Source of the DNA: an uncultured Clostridia bacterium | GTDB taxonomy: Bacteria > Bacillota > Clostridia > TANB77 > CAG-465 | Length of the DNA stretch: 56,360 bases | Assembly (NCBI GenBank): GCA_944386605.1 | Contig: CALXBS010000005.1 | Span: 1-56,360, forward strand | Reading direction: 5' to 3' | Shown here: piece after piece, positions 29,922-39,215 of the stretch | How the letters are laid out: the number at the start of each line of letters is the position of its first letter | Position numbering within the stretch: position 1 is the first letter of the stretch | Position numbers and translations under genes: made by a program | The notes under the pieces: model-generated | The model's database searches: none | What the model was told of the DNA's origin: nothing | Seen by the model: the letters and a program-made list of their open reading frames with translations, nothing else

Positions 29922-30230
29922 TTAATCGAATATTACATCTCCATCCTCTTCCAAAAACTCCTTGTATTCTTTGTGAAAAACTTTACGACACAATTCTGTT
30001 ATGTCTTTGCCGTGTTCGTTTACAACTTCGGCCTTGGATGTGATTTTATCGACTGCTACAGTGAGCTGATAATTATATCCATACATAACAAGTGCTAAAT
30101 CTACATTGAAGTACGTTTTCCCGTTCTTGGAATAATGACCTAACTCAGTAGAATGGCATAGATCGGTAGCAGGCAGATCGTCTAATAGATCCCACATCGC
30201 TGCACGATAACGATTAACCTTTTGACTCAT
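29922..30230 (-). CDS. Hypothetical protein (102 aa)
   Basis: RBS AGGAGG; promoter TTGACC-17 nt-TATAAT at 30317-30289. Confidence 0.7.
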   Translation of the reverse strand: MSQKVNRYRAAMWDLLDDLPATDLCHSTELGHYSKNGKTYFNVDLALVMYGYNYQLTVAVDKITSKAEVVNEHGKDITELCRKVFHKEYKEFLEEDGDVIFD

Positions 30231-30399
30231 AATTTGTCCTCCTATAAAATAATAATTTTTATACGTTTTAGTTTACATAACTATTTATATTATACCATAA
30301 AAATTTTATCTGGTCAAATGATAATGAAATCAGTTTAATCATAAAAATTGGAGTATAATTTGTTATATTACACTCCAATATTTATTTCAATGATATTCT

Positions 30400-32130
30400 T
30401 TATGAAAAAATGGATAAGAAAAAGGTTAAGATTCTTTTAACAGGTGAACGGTTTTTGTTGTAAATAACAGGTAATGTGTTCATTGCAGAATCTTGATTAA
30501 AAATAGAGTAGCTTTCAGAAAGTCTTACCATTTTATATTGATAATCTTGATTGTTTTCTTTCATTTTTAAAATAGAAAAATCTTTTTCTTGCATAATAAC
30601 AATTAAATTAAAATCAATAGGCTCTGAAAATTTAGTAGTATAAATATTTTCGATTCTAACGTTTGAAAATTCTTTAAATTGTTCTTTTAAACTTGAATAA
30701 ATCTTTTCTATTTTTTCAGAATGTTGATGGGTAGTAGGGTTATTTAATAAATAGCCTAGATTATCCAGTTTAATAATATTTGTATTATTTTTTAAAGATT
30801 TACTTTGACGGTTTAGATTAGAAATTTCTACCAGTTGCAAGAAAGAATCATCTACGGATATAGCGGCAATAGAGGTGTTTTCTTTGTAAGATAGGTTATA
30901 TAATCTTTTAAATTTCATATCTTTATATATTTTAATATATTTATCACTAGAAAGTACTTCATTTGCAATACTATATTTCATTTTTTCTATTAAATTAGAA
31001 GCACTATTTTCAAAGGTATTTAATACTTTATATGAAATAGTGTTGTAAATTTGATTAGATAAATTTTGATTTTCTACAATAAGTATTTTTTCTAAGGTTT
31101 TTAATTTTAGCGTATAAGGAATGGTTGCATATTCTGCTTCTGCTTGTATGAAAGCATTAACAAGTATATTTTGCAAATTTGTAATTTCTTCTAAAATAGA
31201 ATTCTCTAAAGTAGTTATATTTTCAGATAAGCTAAGCTCAATATTAGAAGAAAACTGATCATCACGTTTAATTTCTTTTTCACCTAATTTTTGTAAATTG
31301 GTATGGATCGCCATTTCAATTTTTTTCTTTTCTTTTTGTAAATCTTCTATGTTTTGATTTAGAATATTTTTCTTAATATTTAAATAATTATCATCTAATA
31401 ATTTGTTTAAATAGACTAGTTTGTTATAATTAGAATATTTTCTACTAATAGTATCTAGAGTTTCTAATAATTTTTCAGGTTCTTCTAGTTTGGTTTTACT
31501 TAAAATCTTATTTAAAAATCTATTAGGATTTGTAAATAAATGATAATAAAATTCTTCTTCATCTAACTCAAAAGTATAACAAATTTGACTTAAAAGTTTT
31601 CCCTCCAAGAAGTATATATCATTGTCACTTGCAATTTTATTTCCTAAAAAATCATTTTCATAATTCCTATAAGTAGGGATGATACTTAGGGTAGTAGGTT
31701 CTGTGTAAAGGAGTCTACAAACAAGATTAGAAACAACTGCTCGATTGATTCCAAAGTTTTTGTGAATGATTTTATAACTGGTAGTTGATAGAGAAGCAGT
31801 TGAATATCCTACTTGAAAAGAACTATCGGATATTTCAGTAGTTGTCATGGCATAAAGAAGCCTTAAATAGACAGATTCTAGATTAGAAATATCACGTATA
31901 TATAATTCTTTTTTGACAGCGTCATAGTATCCTGTTTTAAAATCATGTTTGGTATCACTATCTAAAAATACGGTATCAATGTTTTCATATAATTGTCTTT
32001 CTAGTGTTCGTTGTGTTTTTTTGGTAATATATCCAAATTCTAATAATTTATCAAATATTTGATTTATTAAATCCATAAAATTAGGATTTAAGTTACATTT
32101 TTCCCTTAGTTTATCTAAATAGTTTATCAT
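30400..32130 (-). CDS. Hypothetical protein (~576 aa) with a coiled-coil middle region and a possible degenerate zincin-like N-terminus
   Basis: Long ORF with ATG 32130 behind GGAGGA. Hairpin TTGGAGT...ACTCCAA downstream at 30348-30377. Confidence 0.8.
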   Translation of the reverse strand: MINYLDKLREKCNLNPNFMDLINQIFDKLLEFGYITKKTQRTLERQLYENIDTVFLDSDTKHDFKTGYYDAVKKELYIRDISNLESVYLRLLYAMTTTEISDSSFQVGYSTASLSTTSYKIIHKNFGINRAVVSNLVCRLLYTEPTTLSIIPTYRNYENDFLGNKIASDNDIYFLEGKLLSQICYTFELDEEEFYYHLFTNPNRFLNKILSKTKLEEPEKLLETLDTISRKYSNYNKLVYLNKLLDDNYLNIKKNILNQNIEDLQKEKKKIEMAIHTNLQKLGEKEIKRDDQFSSNIELSLSENITTLENSILEEITNLQNILVNAFIQAEAEYATIPYTLKLKTLEKILIVENQNLSNQIYNTISYKVLNTFENSASNLIEKMKYSIANEVLSSDKYIKIYKDMKFKRLYNLSYKENTSIAAISVDDSFLQLVEISNLNRQSKSLKNNTNIIKLDNLGYLLNNPTTHQHSEKIEKIYSSLKEQFKEFSNVRIENIYTTKFSEPIDFNLIVIMQEKDFSILKMKENNQDYQYKMVRLSESYSIFNQDSAMNTLPVIYNKNRSPVKRILTFFLSIFS

Positions 32131-32354
32131 GATCTTCCTCCATAAACGAATATTGTTTATTTTCATTTTATAATAAATAAAAAAAATATACAAGAGTTTC
32201 TAGTATAAATGTGAAAAATCGATTAGAATTGATGATGAAAAATTAGATATAAAAATTTAAAAAATATTGCAACTTTTTTTATCATTAAAAGTGTCTATAT
32301 TATATACGGTAAAAAAAATAAATAAACAAATCATTTTAAAAAAGGAGAAAAAGT

Positions 32355-33413
32355 ATGACAATGATTACGGATAATGATAAAGAAAAGTTAGAAAAATATA
32401 GGTCGTTTGTAGAAAATTCTTCCAATGGAAGTTTCATGCAAGATGTGGCTTGGGCAAAAATTAAGAAAAACTGGAAACATTTTTATGTTTATATAGAAGA
32501 AAAAGAAGAAATTGTTATTGGAATGACGGTATTGATACAAACAATTCCAAAAATTCATCGTTCTATTATGTACTCTCCTAGAGGGCCTGTTGGAAAAATA
32601 GAGGATAGTGAGTTATTAAAGAAATTACTTCAAGAAATAGAACCTCTTGTAACGGAGTATAAAGTATTTTGTTTTAAAACAGATCCTAATGTTTTCTTTA
32701 GTGATCGTGTAAGAGAAAGTTTTAAAAAAGCTGGATTTTTATCCTCACCAAAAAATCCTAAAAGGCAAAAAATTATACAACCAGTTTATCATATGGTTCT
32801 TTCTTTAAAGGATAAAAGTAGAGAACAAGTTTTTGAGTCTTTTCTACCTAAAACAAGATACAATATTAGATTAGCAAAAAAGAGGGGAATTGATGTTACT
32901 TTTTCAAATACAGAAGAAGATTTAAAAATATTTTATGATTTGTTTTTGGTAACCACCAAAAGAAATCAGTTTCCTGGAAAATCATATGATTATTTTAAAG
33001 ATTTATTAAATAGTTTTGATTCCAAACATTTAAGAATATATGTAGCAAGATATCGTGGACAAGCTTTAGCTGCAGCTATTACCTTAAAATATGGTGAAGA
33101 AGTGTTTTATTTATATGGTGCAAGTTCTAATGAAATGAGAAATTTTATGCCAACTTATCTTTTGCAATGGGAAATGATTCAATGGGGAATTGAGAATAAT
33201 TGTTCCAGGTATAATTTTGGAGGCTTGGCTTCACCTGATACTACAACAGGATTATATCGATTTAAAGAGGGATTTTGCCATAAAGAAGGAATGGTAGAAT
33301 ATATAGGAGAATTTACAAAGGTATATGATCCATTTTTTTATCTGTTATATGATACAATATATCCCAATTTAGTGAAACTAAATTCTATCAAATTAGGATT
33401 ACATATTAAATAG
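32355..33413 (+). CDS. FemAB/FemX/MurM family aminoacyltransferase (peptidoglycan cross-bridge)
   Basis: FMQ...W..IK..W, Y.PRGPV, IQP, KTRYNIR.A.KRG, YLYGASSNE.RN.MP.YLLQW and GLYRFKEGF. Confidence 0.92.
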   Translation: MTMITDNDKEKLEKYRSFVENSSNGSFMQDVAWAKIKKNWKHFYVYIEEKEEIVIGMTVLIQTIPKIHRSIMYSPRGPVGKIEDSELLKKLLQEIEPLVTEYKVFCFKTDPNVFFSDRVRESFKKAGFLSSPKNPKRQKIIQPVYHMVLSLKDKSREQVFESFLPKTRYNIRLAKKRGIDVTFSNTEEDLKIFYDLFLVTTKRNQFPGKSYDYFKDLLNSFDSKHLRIYVARYRGQALAAAITLKYGEEVFYLYGASSNEMRNFMPTYLLQWEMIQWGIENNCSRYNFGGLASPDTTTGLYRFKEGFCHKEGMVEYIGEFTKVYDPFFYLLYDTIYPNLVKLNSIKLGLHIK

Positions 33414-33421
33414 TTTAGAAA

Positions 33422-33454
33422 AAACAGATGCCAAAATATCTTTGACATCTGTTT
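33422..33454. terminator. Bidirectional terminator
   Basis: AAACAGATGCCAAA...TTTGACATCTGTTT between convergent genes. Confidence 0.65.
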
Positions 33455-33458
33455 GTTG

Positions 33459-34169
33459 TTATTTTAATTCAATGATTTCATTATCTTCTATGCGTACATT
33501 TTGTACTGGGAAAATTCTTTTTTCAGATGGTATGAAACCTCTTACTTGTACATTTGGAAGAATCCAAGTATATTTTCCGATAAAAGATCCTGGTAGTGTA
33601 GTGGAGTTTGCACCCAGTCTTGTGTTATCTCCAATGATGGCACCAAAGAAATCGGTTCCTACATCATATTTTTTTCCTTCTATTTTAACAGTAATATTTT
33701 GTTGATCGAATCTTCTGTTTGCAAGAATGGTTCCGCTTCCGACTCTTGTAGATTTTCCAATAATAGAATCCCCAATAAAAGTAAAGCTTTGTACTTTTGC
33801 TTTGTTTTGTACAATACTATGTTTTACCTCACAAGAATGCCCTACAACACAATTATCTCCTATAATGGTATAAGGACGAATTAAAGCTCCGGATTGGATG
33901 GTACAATTTTTTCCAATGATAACAGGTCCTTCTATAGAGACATTTGCGTGAATTTCAGTTCCTTCACCAATTAGGTAATTTCCTTCAATAGAAACAAAAT
34001 CTGCAATATGACCATGATTTTCATGAAGATCATTTTCTACTACCATTTTATTTACAAAAGGTTTTATATTCTTTAATGCTTCCCATGGGTAAGTAGCTCC
34101 TTGAAATACATCTTTAAATGCAAAATTTTCTATATTTTCAAAATAATAATCTAATTTAAAATTTTCCAT
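33459..34169 (-). CDS. Hexapeptide-repeat (LbH) acetyltransferase, probable glucosamine-1-phosphate N-acetyltransferase
   Basis: YPWE.L, IEGPVIIG, IRPY.IIG, EVK.S, FIGDSIIG...VGSGT.LANRRFD and GAIIGD resemble the acetyltransferase half of archaeal-type GlmU. ATG 34169 behind GGAGG. Confidence 0.7.
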   Translation of the reverse strand: MENFKLDYYFENIENFAFKDVFQGATYPWEALKNIKPFVNKMVVENDLHENHGHIADFVSIEGNYLIGEGTEIHANVSIEGPVIIGKNCTIQSGALIRPYTIIGDNCVVGHSCEVKHSIVQNKAKVQSFTFIGDSIIGKSTRVGSGTILANRRFDQQNITVKIEGKKYDVGTDFFGAIIGDNTRLGANSTTLPGSFIGKYTWILPNVQVRGFIPSEKRIFPVQNVRIEDNEIIELK

Positions 34170-34179
34170 ATAAATCCTC

Positions 34180-35244
34180 CTATACATTTTTTATTTCTGT
34201 AAAACTTGGAACAACTGTATTGTCATGAATATATCCGTTTTCTCCAACAATAGAGAATGGGCCAATTTTACAATTATTTCCAATAGAAGCTCTGTCTAAT
34301 TTACTAGTTTCAACTATAGTATTATCTCCAATACTAGAAGAGATAATGTGAGAATTTGGTCCAATGATACAGTTTTGACCAATAATAGTTTCTCCTTGTA
34401 TATTGGTTCCAGGATAAATAATAGTGTCTTTTCCAATAGAAACATCTAAACTAATATAGGTGTTTTGAGGATCAATTAAAGTAACTCCATTATCCATATG
34501 TTGTTCACGTGTATTTTGAAGTAAGGTTCTTGTAACAATAGATAAGTCAGATCTTGAATTAATACCTTGTGTTTCATCTGGATTTTGAATCATGTAAACT
34601 CCAATTCTTCCTCCAGCTTTAATAATATGATAAGGAATATCGGTTATATAGTATTCCTTTTGTGCGTTATTATTGTCTAATTTTGCAAAAGATTCTTTTA
34701 AGCATTTTCCTTTAAAGCAATATAGTCCAATATTTACTTCTTCAATTGCTAGTTCTTCTTCATTACAATCTTTTTGTTCTACGATTTTAGATAAATTTCC
34801 ATAAGAATCACGAATGATTCTACCATAAGCAGGTGTTTTATCAAAAACTGCGGATACAAGTGCACCATCAAAGTTTCCTAATTCCAAAAATGAAATAAAG
34901 GATTTGATTGTGTAAGGTGAGATAAGAGGCATATCCCCATTAACAATTAAAATTAAATCATCATCCTCAATATAGTCTTTGGCTTGCATAGCAGCATGAC
35001 CAGTTCCTAATTGTTCTGCTTGATAAATACAGGTAACATTATCTCTACCCTCTAAATTTTTTTCTACAAGTTCATGTTTGTGACCAACAATAACATATAG
35101 ATCTTCTATTTCTGCATTTTCGCAGGCGTCACAAACATAATCAATAATACATCTATCATAAACTTTATGTAGTACTTTTGGTAGATTAGATTTCATTCTA
35201 GTACCTTTTCCACCTGCAAGTACAATTGCTTTCATTTTTGACAT
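34180..35244 (-). CDS. glmU: GlmU N-terminal uridylyltransferase with a truncated LbH domain (354 aa)
   Basis: LAGGKGTRMKS.LPKVLH, Q.EQLGTGHA, GD.PL, YGRI.R, NN.QKEYY.TD, GINSR and GVTLIDP. The protein ends shortly after IGPF and lacks the C-terminal acetyltransferase segment. Confidence 0.85.
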   Translation of the reverse strand: MSKMKAIVLAGGKGTRMKSNLPKVLHKVYDRCIIDYVCDACENAEIEDLYVIVGHKHELVEKNLEGRDNVTCIYQAEQLGTGHAAMQAKDYIEDDDLILIVNGDMPLISPYTIKSFISFLELGNFDGALVSAVFDKTPAYGRIIRDSYGNLSKIVEQKDCNEEELAIEEVNIGLYCFKGKCLKESFAKLDNNNAQKEYYITDIPYHIIKAGGRIGVYMIQNPDETQGINSRSDLSIVTRTLLQNTREQHMDNGVTLIDPQNTYISLDVSIGKDTIIYPGTNIQGETIIGQNCIIGPNSHIISSSIGDNTIVETSKLDRASIGNNCKIGPFSIVGENGYIHDNTVVPSFTEIKNV

Positions 35245-35429
35245 GAAAAATCATCTCCTTAACCTTATATATATATAATATGAATTTTTTAAGTTGCGTG
35301 ATCATTTTATCATAAAAAAGGATAATTGTAAAGTGAGGGATTTTTACCAATTTTTTAACAAGTTTACATATTTCTATCATATTTTTTTCATAAAACCACT
35401 TTATAATGGTTATGTAAAAGGAGTGGAAA

Positions 35430-36134
35430 ATGGCACAAGAAATTTTTAATCGCATAGAGAAAAAGTATATGTTATATCAAGATGGGTATCAAAAATTAAT
35501 GCAAGAATTGGAACCATATATTACTTTAAATCCGTTTGGTCACCAAACGATATGTAATCTTTATTTTGATAATAGTACTTATGAAATAGCAAGAAATTCT
35601 ATTAGCAAACCTGTGTATAAAGAAAAAATTAGAGTAAGAAGTTATGGTATTCCAGATAAAGATACAAAAGTATTTTTAGAATTAAAGAAAAAATATAAAA
35701 AAATGGTAAATAAAAGAAGAATCGGTTTGACATTACAAGAGCTAGAAAGATATCTTTATTTTAATCGACCTCCAGAAAAAAATAAGCAAATATTTGAAGA
35801 GCTAGATTATTGTATTAAAACAAAACATTTAGTGCCTACCATGTATGTTGCTTATGATAGGGTATCTTATTTTGCAAACTCAGATGAAAATTTAAGAATT
35901 ACTTTTGATTCTAATTTAAGATATCGAAAAGAACACATCGATTTTGAATATGGAGATGTAGCTCAGAAATTTTTTGATCAAGATGTTTATATTATGGAGA
36001 TTAAAACGTTAAATGCTATTCCTTTATGGCTTGTTGATATTTTATCAAGGCTAGAAATATATCCAACTTCTTTTTCAAAGTATGGTGAAATATACAAAAA
36101 AGAAATATTAAAAAGAGAATGGGAGAGAGTTTAA
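35430..36134 (+). CDS. VTC / polyphosphate polymerase domain protein
   Basis: F.R.EKKY, I.NLYFD, KP.YKEK.RVRSYG, FLELKKKY, YDR, RITFD, MEIK and SFSKYG. Confidence 0.9.
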   Translation: MAQEIFNRIEKKYMLYQDGYQKLMQELEPYITLNPFGHQTICNLYFDNSTYEIARNSISKPVYKEKIRVRSYGIPDKDTKVFLELKKKYKKMVNKRRIGLTLQELERYLYFNRPPEKNKQIFEELDYCIKTKHLVPTMYVAYDRVSYFANSDENLRITFDSNLRYRKEHIDFEYGDVAQKFFDQDVYIMEIKTLNAIPLWLVDILSRLEIYPTSFSKYGEIYKKEILKREWERV

Positions 36135-36136
36135 CA

Positions 36137-36811
36137 ATGTTTGAAAGTATTTTAAATGAAAGTACAAGTAGTATTTCAATATCAAGTGCTTGTATTTGTA
36201 TGCTTGCTTCAATTATTTTAGGCCTTTGTATTGCCTTTATTCATATGAAGACAAGTAAATATAGTAAAAGTTTTGTCATTACGCTTGCAGTATTACCATT
36301 ATTAGTACAGGTAATTATTATGATGGTAAATGGAAATTTAGGAACTTCTGTAGCAGTTTTAGGTGCATTTGGCTTAATTAGATTTAGAAGTGCACCTGGT
36401 AGTGCAAAAGAAATTATTAGTATCTTTTTTGCAATGGCAGTAGGTCTTGCAATTGGTATGGGGCAAATTCTTTTTGCAGTTTTAATTACTGTTTTTGTTG
36501 GTTTAATGATAGTATTTTTATCTAAATCAAATATCTTAAATCCAAAAGGAAATGAGAAAAAATTAAAAATTGTTATTCCTGAAAATTTGGATTATAACGA
36601 AGTATTTCAAGATATATTTGAAGAATATTTAAACAAAGTAGAGTTAGAACAGGTAAAAACAACCAATTTAGGAAGTTTATATGAGTTAAGTTATGCTGTA
36701 AGTATAAAATCTGAAAAAAAAGAAAAGGAATTCATTGATAAATTAAGATGTAGAAATGGAAATTTAAACATTACTTTATCTAGAGAAATGTACGGTATCA
36801 ATGAATTATAG
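36137..36811 (+). CDS. DUF4956 family membrane protein
   Basis: SF..TLAVLP, IMMVNGNLG..VAV.GAF.LIRFRSAPG.AKEI, IPENLDY and LRCRNGNL.I. Confidence 0.9.
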   Translation: MFESILNESTSSISISSACICMLASIILGLCIAFIHMKTSKYSKSFVITLAVLPLLVQVIIMMVNGNLGTSVAVLGAFGLIRFRSAPGSAKEIISIFFAMAVGLAIGMGQILFAVLITVFVGLMIVFLSKSNILNPKGNEKKLKIVIPENLDYNEVFQDIFEEYLNKVELEQVKTTNLGSLYELSYAVSIKSEKKEKEFIDKLRCRNGNLNITLSREMYGINEL

Positions 36812-36820
36812 GAGGAAAGG

Positions 36821-38638
36821 ATGAAATATTATAGAGTAGGAAAATCAAATCTAAAAGTAATACTCATTATTATTGTTTTATTAATTGTGTTAGGTGGTAT
36901 CATTTGGATTGTGATGGATTCGTCTAGTAAAAAAATGAGTGGGGAAGATGTCTTAACAAGTGATTACCAAGCAAGTATTCGTCTGCAAGATAACAATTCT
37001 ACCATAGAGGGAAGTGGAGCTTCTGTAAATGGAGATGTTATTACCATTACACAAGCAGGTAAATATTATATTAGTGGATCTTTGAGCGATGGGCAGATTA
37101 TAGTGGACGCTACTTCTAATGATGAAATAGAACTTGTATTAGATTCTGTGGATATCACATCTAAAACAAGCAGTCCTATTTATATCAAGCAAAGTAAATC
37201 GACAACCATTTTACTTGCAGATGGTACTGTAAATGAATTAAGTGATACAAAAGATTTTGTATATACAGATGTTGTAGAAGAGGAACCAAATGCAACCATC
37301 TATTCTAAAGATGATTTGTATTTTACAGGAAATGGTGCTTTAAATCTTTCTTCTAATTTTAATGATGCCATTGGATGTTCAGATAGCGTAGTGATTGAAA
37401 GTGGTAATATTTCTATTGTTTCAGTAGATCATGGTATTAGAGCAAAAGATGGAGTAACTATTAAAGGAGGCGTAACAAAAATAGAGGCTTCTGGCGATGG
37501 TATTAAAACTAAAAATACAGAAGAAAGTGATAAAGGAAATATTGTTGTTGAAGGTGGAGAACTTGAAATTATTGCTACACAAGACGGCTTTGATTCTGCA
37601 AATGGAATTTATGTATCTGGTGGAGATTTAAATATAACAACTGGTGGAGGCAGTCAAAACGCTAGTACAAAAGAAAGTTGGGGAATGTGGCAAACTAGTA
37701 CAACTACAGAAGAATCTACAAGTGCTAAAGGAATCAAAGCAAATGCACTTCTTGAAATTAGTGGTGGTAACATCAGCATTGATTCTTCAGATGATAGTTT
37801 ACATTCTAATAATGATCTAACCATATCAGGAGGAACGCTTTCTTTATCTTCTGGTGATGATGGAATACATGCAGATAGTGAAATTATAATTAATGATGGA
37901 AGTATTGAAATTACAAAATCTTATGAAGGAATTGAAAGTACTAATATTACTATTGAAAACGGAGCTATTTCAATTGTAAGTAGTGATGATGGAATTAATA
38001 TTTGTGGTGGAAATGATAGCTCATCACTAGGTGGAAGACCAGGACAGAATATGTTTGAGGCAACAGATGGAGAATTAACCATTCATGGAGGAACTATCTA
38101 TGTAAATGCGTCAGGTGATGGTTTAGATTCTAATGGAAATATTGTTATGACAGGTGGAACTGTTTTAGTAGATGGACCTGTAGATGGAGGAAATGGTGCA
38201 TTAGACTATAACGGAACATTTGATATTAGTGGAGGTACTTTAATTGCAGTAGGAAGTAGAGAAATGGCTCAGTCCTTAAGCAGTTCTTCTACACAAGCAA
38301 GTATTTTAATTAATTTAACACAAGAAGCAAGTGCTAACCAAATAATCCATTTACAAAATAGTAATGGAGAAGAAATTATCACTTATGCACCAAGTAAAAA
38401 ATATAGTTCTATTGTAGTTTCTACGCCAAATATAAAGCAAAATGAAAGTGTAGAAGTATATTTAAGTGGTAGTCATAGTGGTACAAATACAAATGGTCTT
38501 TATACAGGTGGAAGTTATACATCTGGTGAACTACTTACAACCATTCAAATTACAGGAATTTTAAATTCTTATGGATCAGGTGGTATGATGAATAATATGC
38601 CAGGTGGAAATATGGGTATGCCAGGAGGTATGAGATAG
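36821..38638 (+). CDS. Carbohydrate-binding beta-helix protein (Cthe_2159 family)
   Basis: N-terminal TM; ITI..AG.Y.ISG.L.DGQI.V and repeated I.GG...I....DG/DDG coils; M/G/P-rich tail. Confidence 0.88.
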   Translation: MKYYRVGKSNLKVILIIIVLLIVLGGIIWIVMDSSSKKMSGEDVLTSDYQASIRLQDNNSTIEGSGASVNGDVITITQAGKYYISGSLSDGQIIVDATSNDEIELVLDSVDITSKTSSPIYIKQSKSTTILLADGTVNELSDTKDFVYTDVVEEEPNATIYSKDDLYFTGNGALNLSSNFNDAIGCSDSVVIESGNISIVSVDHGIRAKDGVTIKGGVTKIEASGDGIKTKNTEESDKGNIVVEGGELEIIATQDGFDSANGIYVSGGDLNITTGGGSQNASTKESWGMWQTSTTTEESTSAKGIKANALLEISGGNISIDSSDDSLHSNNDLTISGGTLSLSSGDDGIHADSEIIINDGSIEITKSYEGIESTNITIENGAISIVSSDDGINICGGNDSSSLGGRPGQNMFEATDGELTIHGGTIYVNASGDGLDSNGNIVMTGGTVLVDGPVDGGNGALDYNGTFDISGGTLIAVGSREMAQSLSSSSTQASILINLTQEASANQIIHLQNSNGEEIITYAPSKKYSSIVVSTPNIKQNESVEVYLSGSHSGTNTNGLYTGGSYTSGELLTTIQITGILNSYGSGGMMNNMPGGNMGMPGGMR

Positions 38639-38650
38639 ATATAAAAGAAA

Positions 38651-38705
38651 AAAGGTGCTTAAATGAACTATATCCCCAAAAGGAGAGTTCAATAAGGCAC
38701 CTTTT
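38651..38705 (+). terminator. Long hairpin terminator
   Basis: AAAGGTGCTTA-AATGAACT...AGTTCAA-TAAGGCACCTTTT. Confidence 0.6.
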
Positions 38706-38889
38706 CTATGTGATTCTTTTACAGACCATTAATGTATTTTTTTCTATATAAAGTAATATCATATGAATAATATAAGATTTTTTTGTAAAAAAAGCTACTA
38801 GAATTTTAATAACTCTAGTAGTTTGAATAGATTTGTTAATTATCACTTCAATTATAGTATATACAAAACAAAAATGTTATCAATTCATT

Positions 38890-38922
38890 CGGGCACTTTT
38901 CAGACACTTTTCGGTCACTTTG
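38890..38922. repeat. Three tandem 11-bp direct repeats
   Basis: CGGGCACTTTT / CAGACACTTTT / CGGTCACTTTG. Confidence 0.7.
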
Positions 38923-38992
38923 AACCAAAAATAATTTATCAATTTTTTATAAAAAAATCGAACTAATTAAATAGTTCGATAAGATTTGTCAA

Positions 38993-39077
38993 TGGTGCGG
39001 GTAAAAGGACTTGAACCTTCACGCCGTTAGACATCGGCTTCTAAGACCGACGCGTCTGCCAATTCCGCCATACCCGC
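38993..39077 (-). tRNA. tRNA-Leu (anticodon TAG)
   Basis: The reverse complement GCGGGTATGGCGGAATTGGCAGACGCGTCGGTC-TTAGAA-GCCGATGTCTAACGGCGTGAAGGTTCAAGTCCTTTTACCCGCACCA forms a cloverleaf with a long variable arm and encoded CCA. Promoter TTGACA-17-TAATAT at 39123-39095. Confidence 0.95.
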
Positions 39078-39215
39078 TTTCATTTACATGTAATATATTA
39101 ACACATAAATTGGATTTTGTCAATCCTCTTTTTTATATTTTTTCATTTGCAAATTGCATTGACAAACTTTTGTTTACTTGATATAATATTCTTGTTTTAG
39201 AAAAGAGGTATGTTT

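Noticed and set aside
27751..30230. Prophage or ICE at the YhcG/Bro-N islet
   Set aside because: No integrase, structural, replication or conjugation genes; only remnants are present.
38663..38691. TGAACT...CCCCAAAA...AGTTCA core resembling collapsed IS3-family/MITE ends inside the terminator
   Set aside because: Too short, single copy in the window, and no transposase or target duplication; kept only as a terminator.
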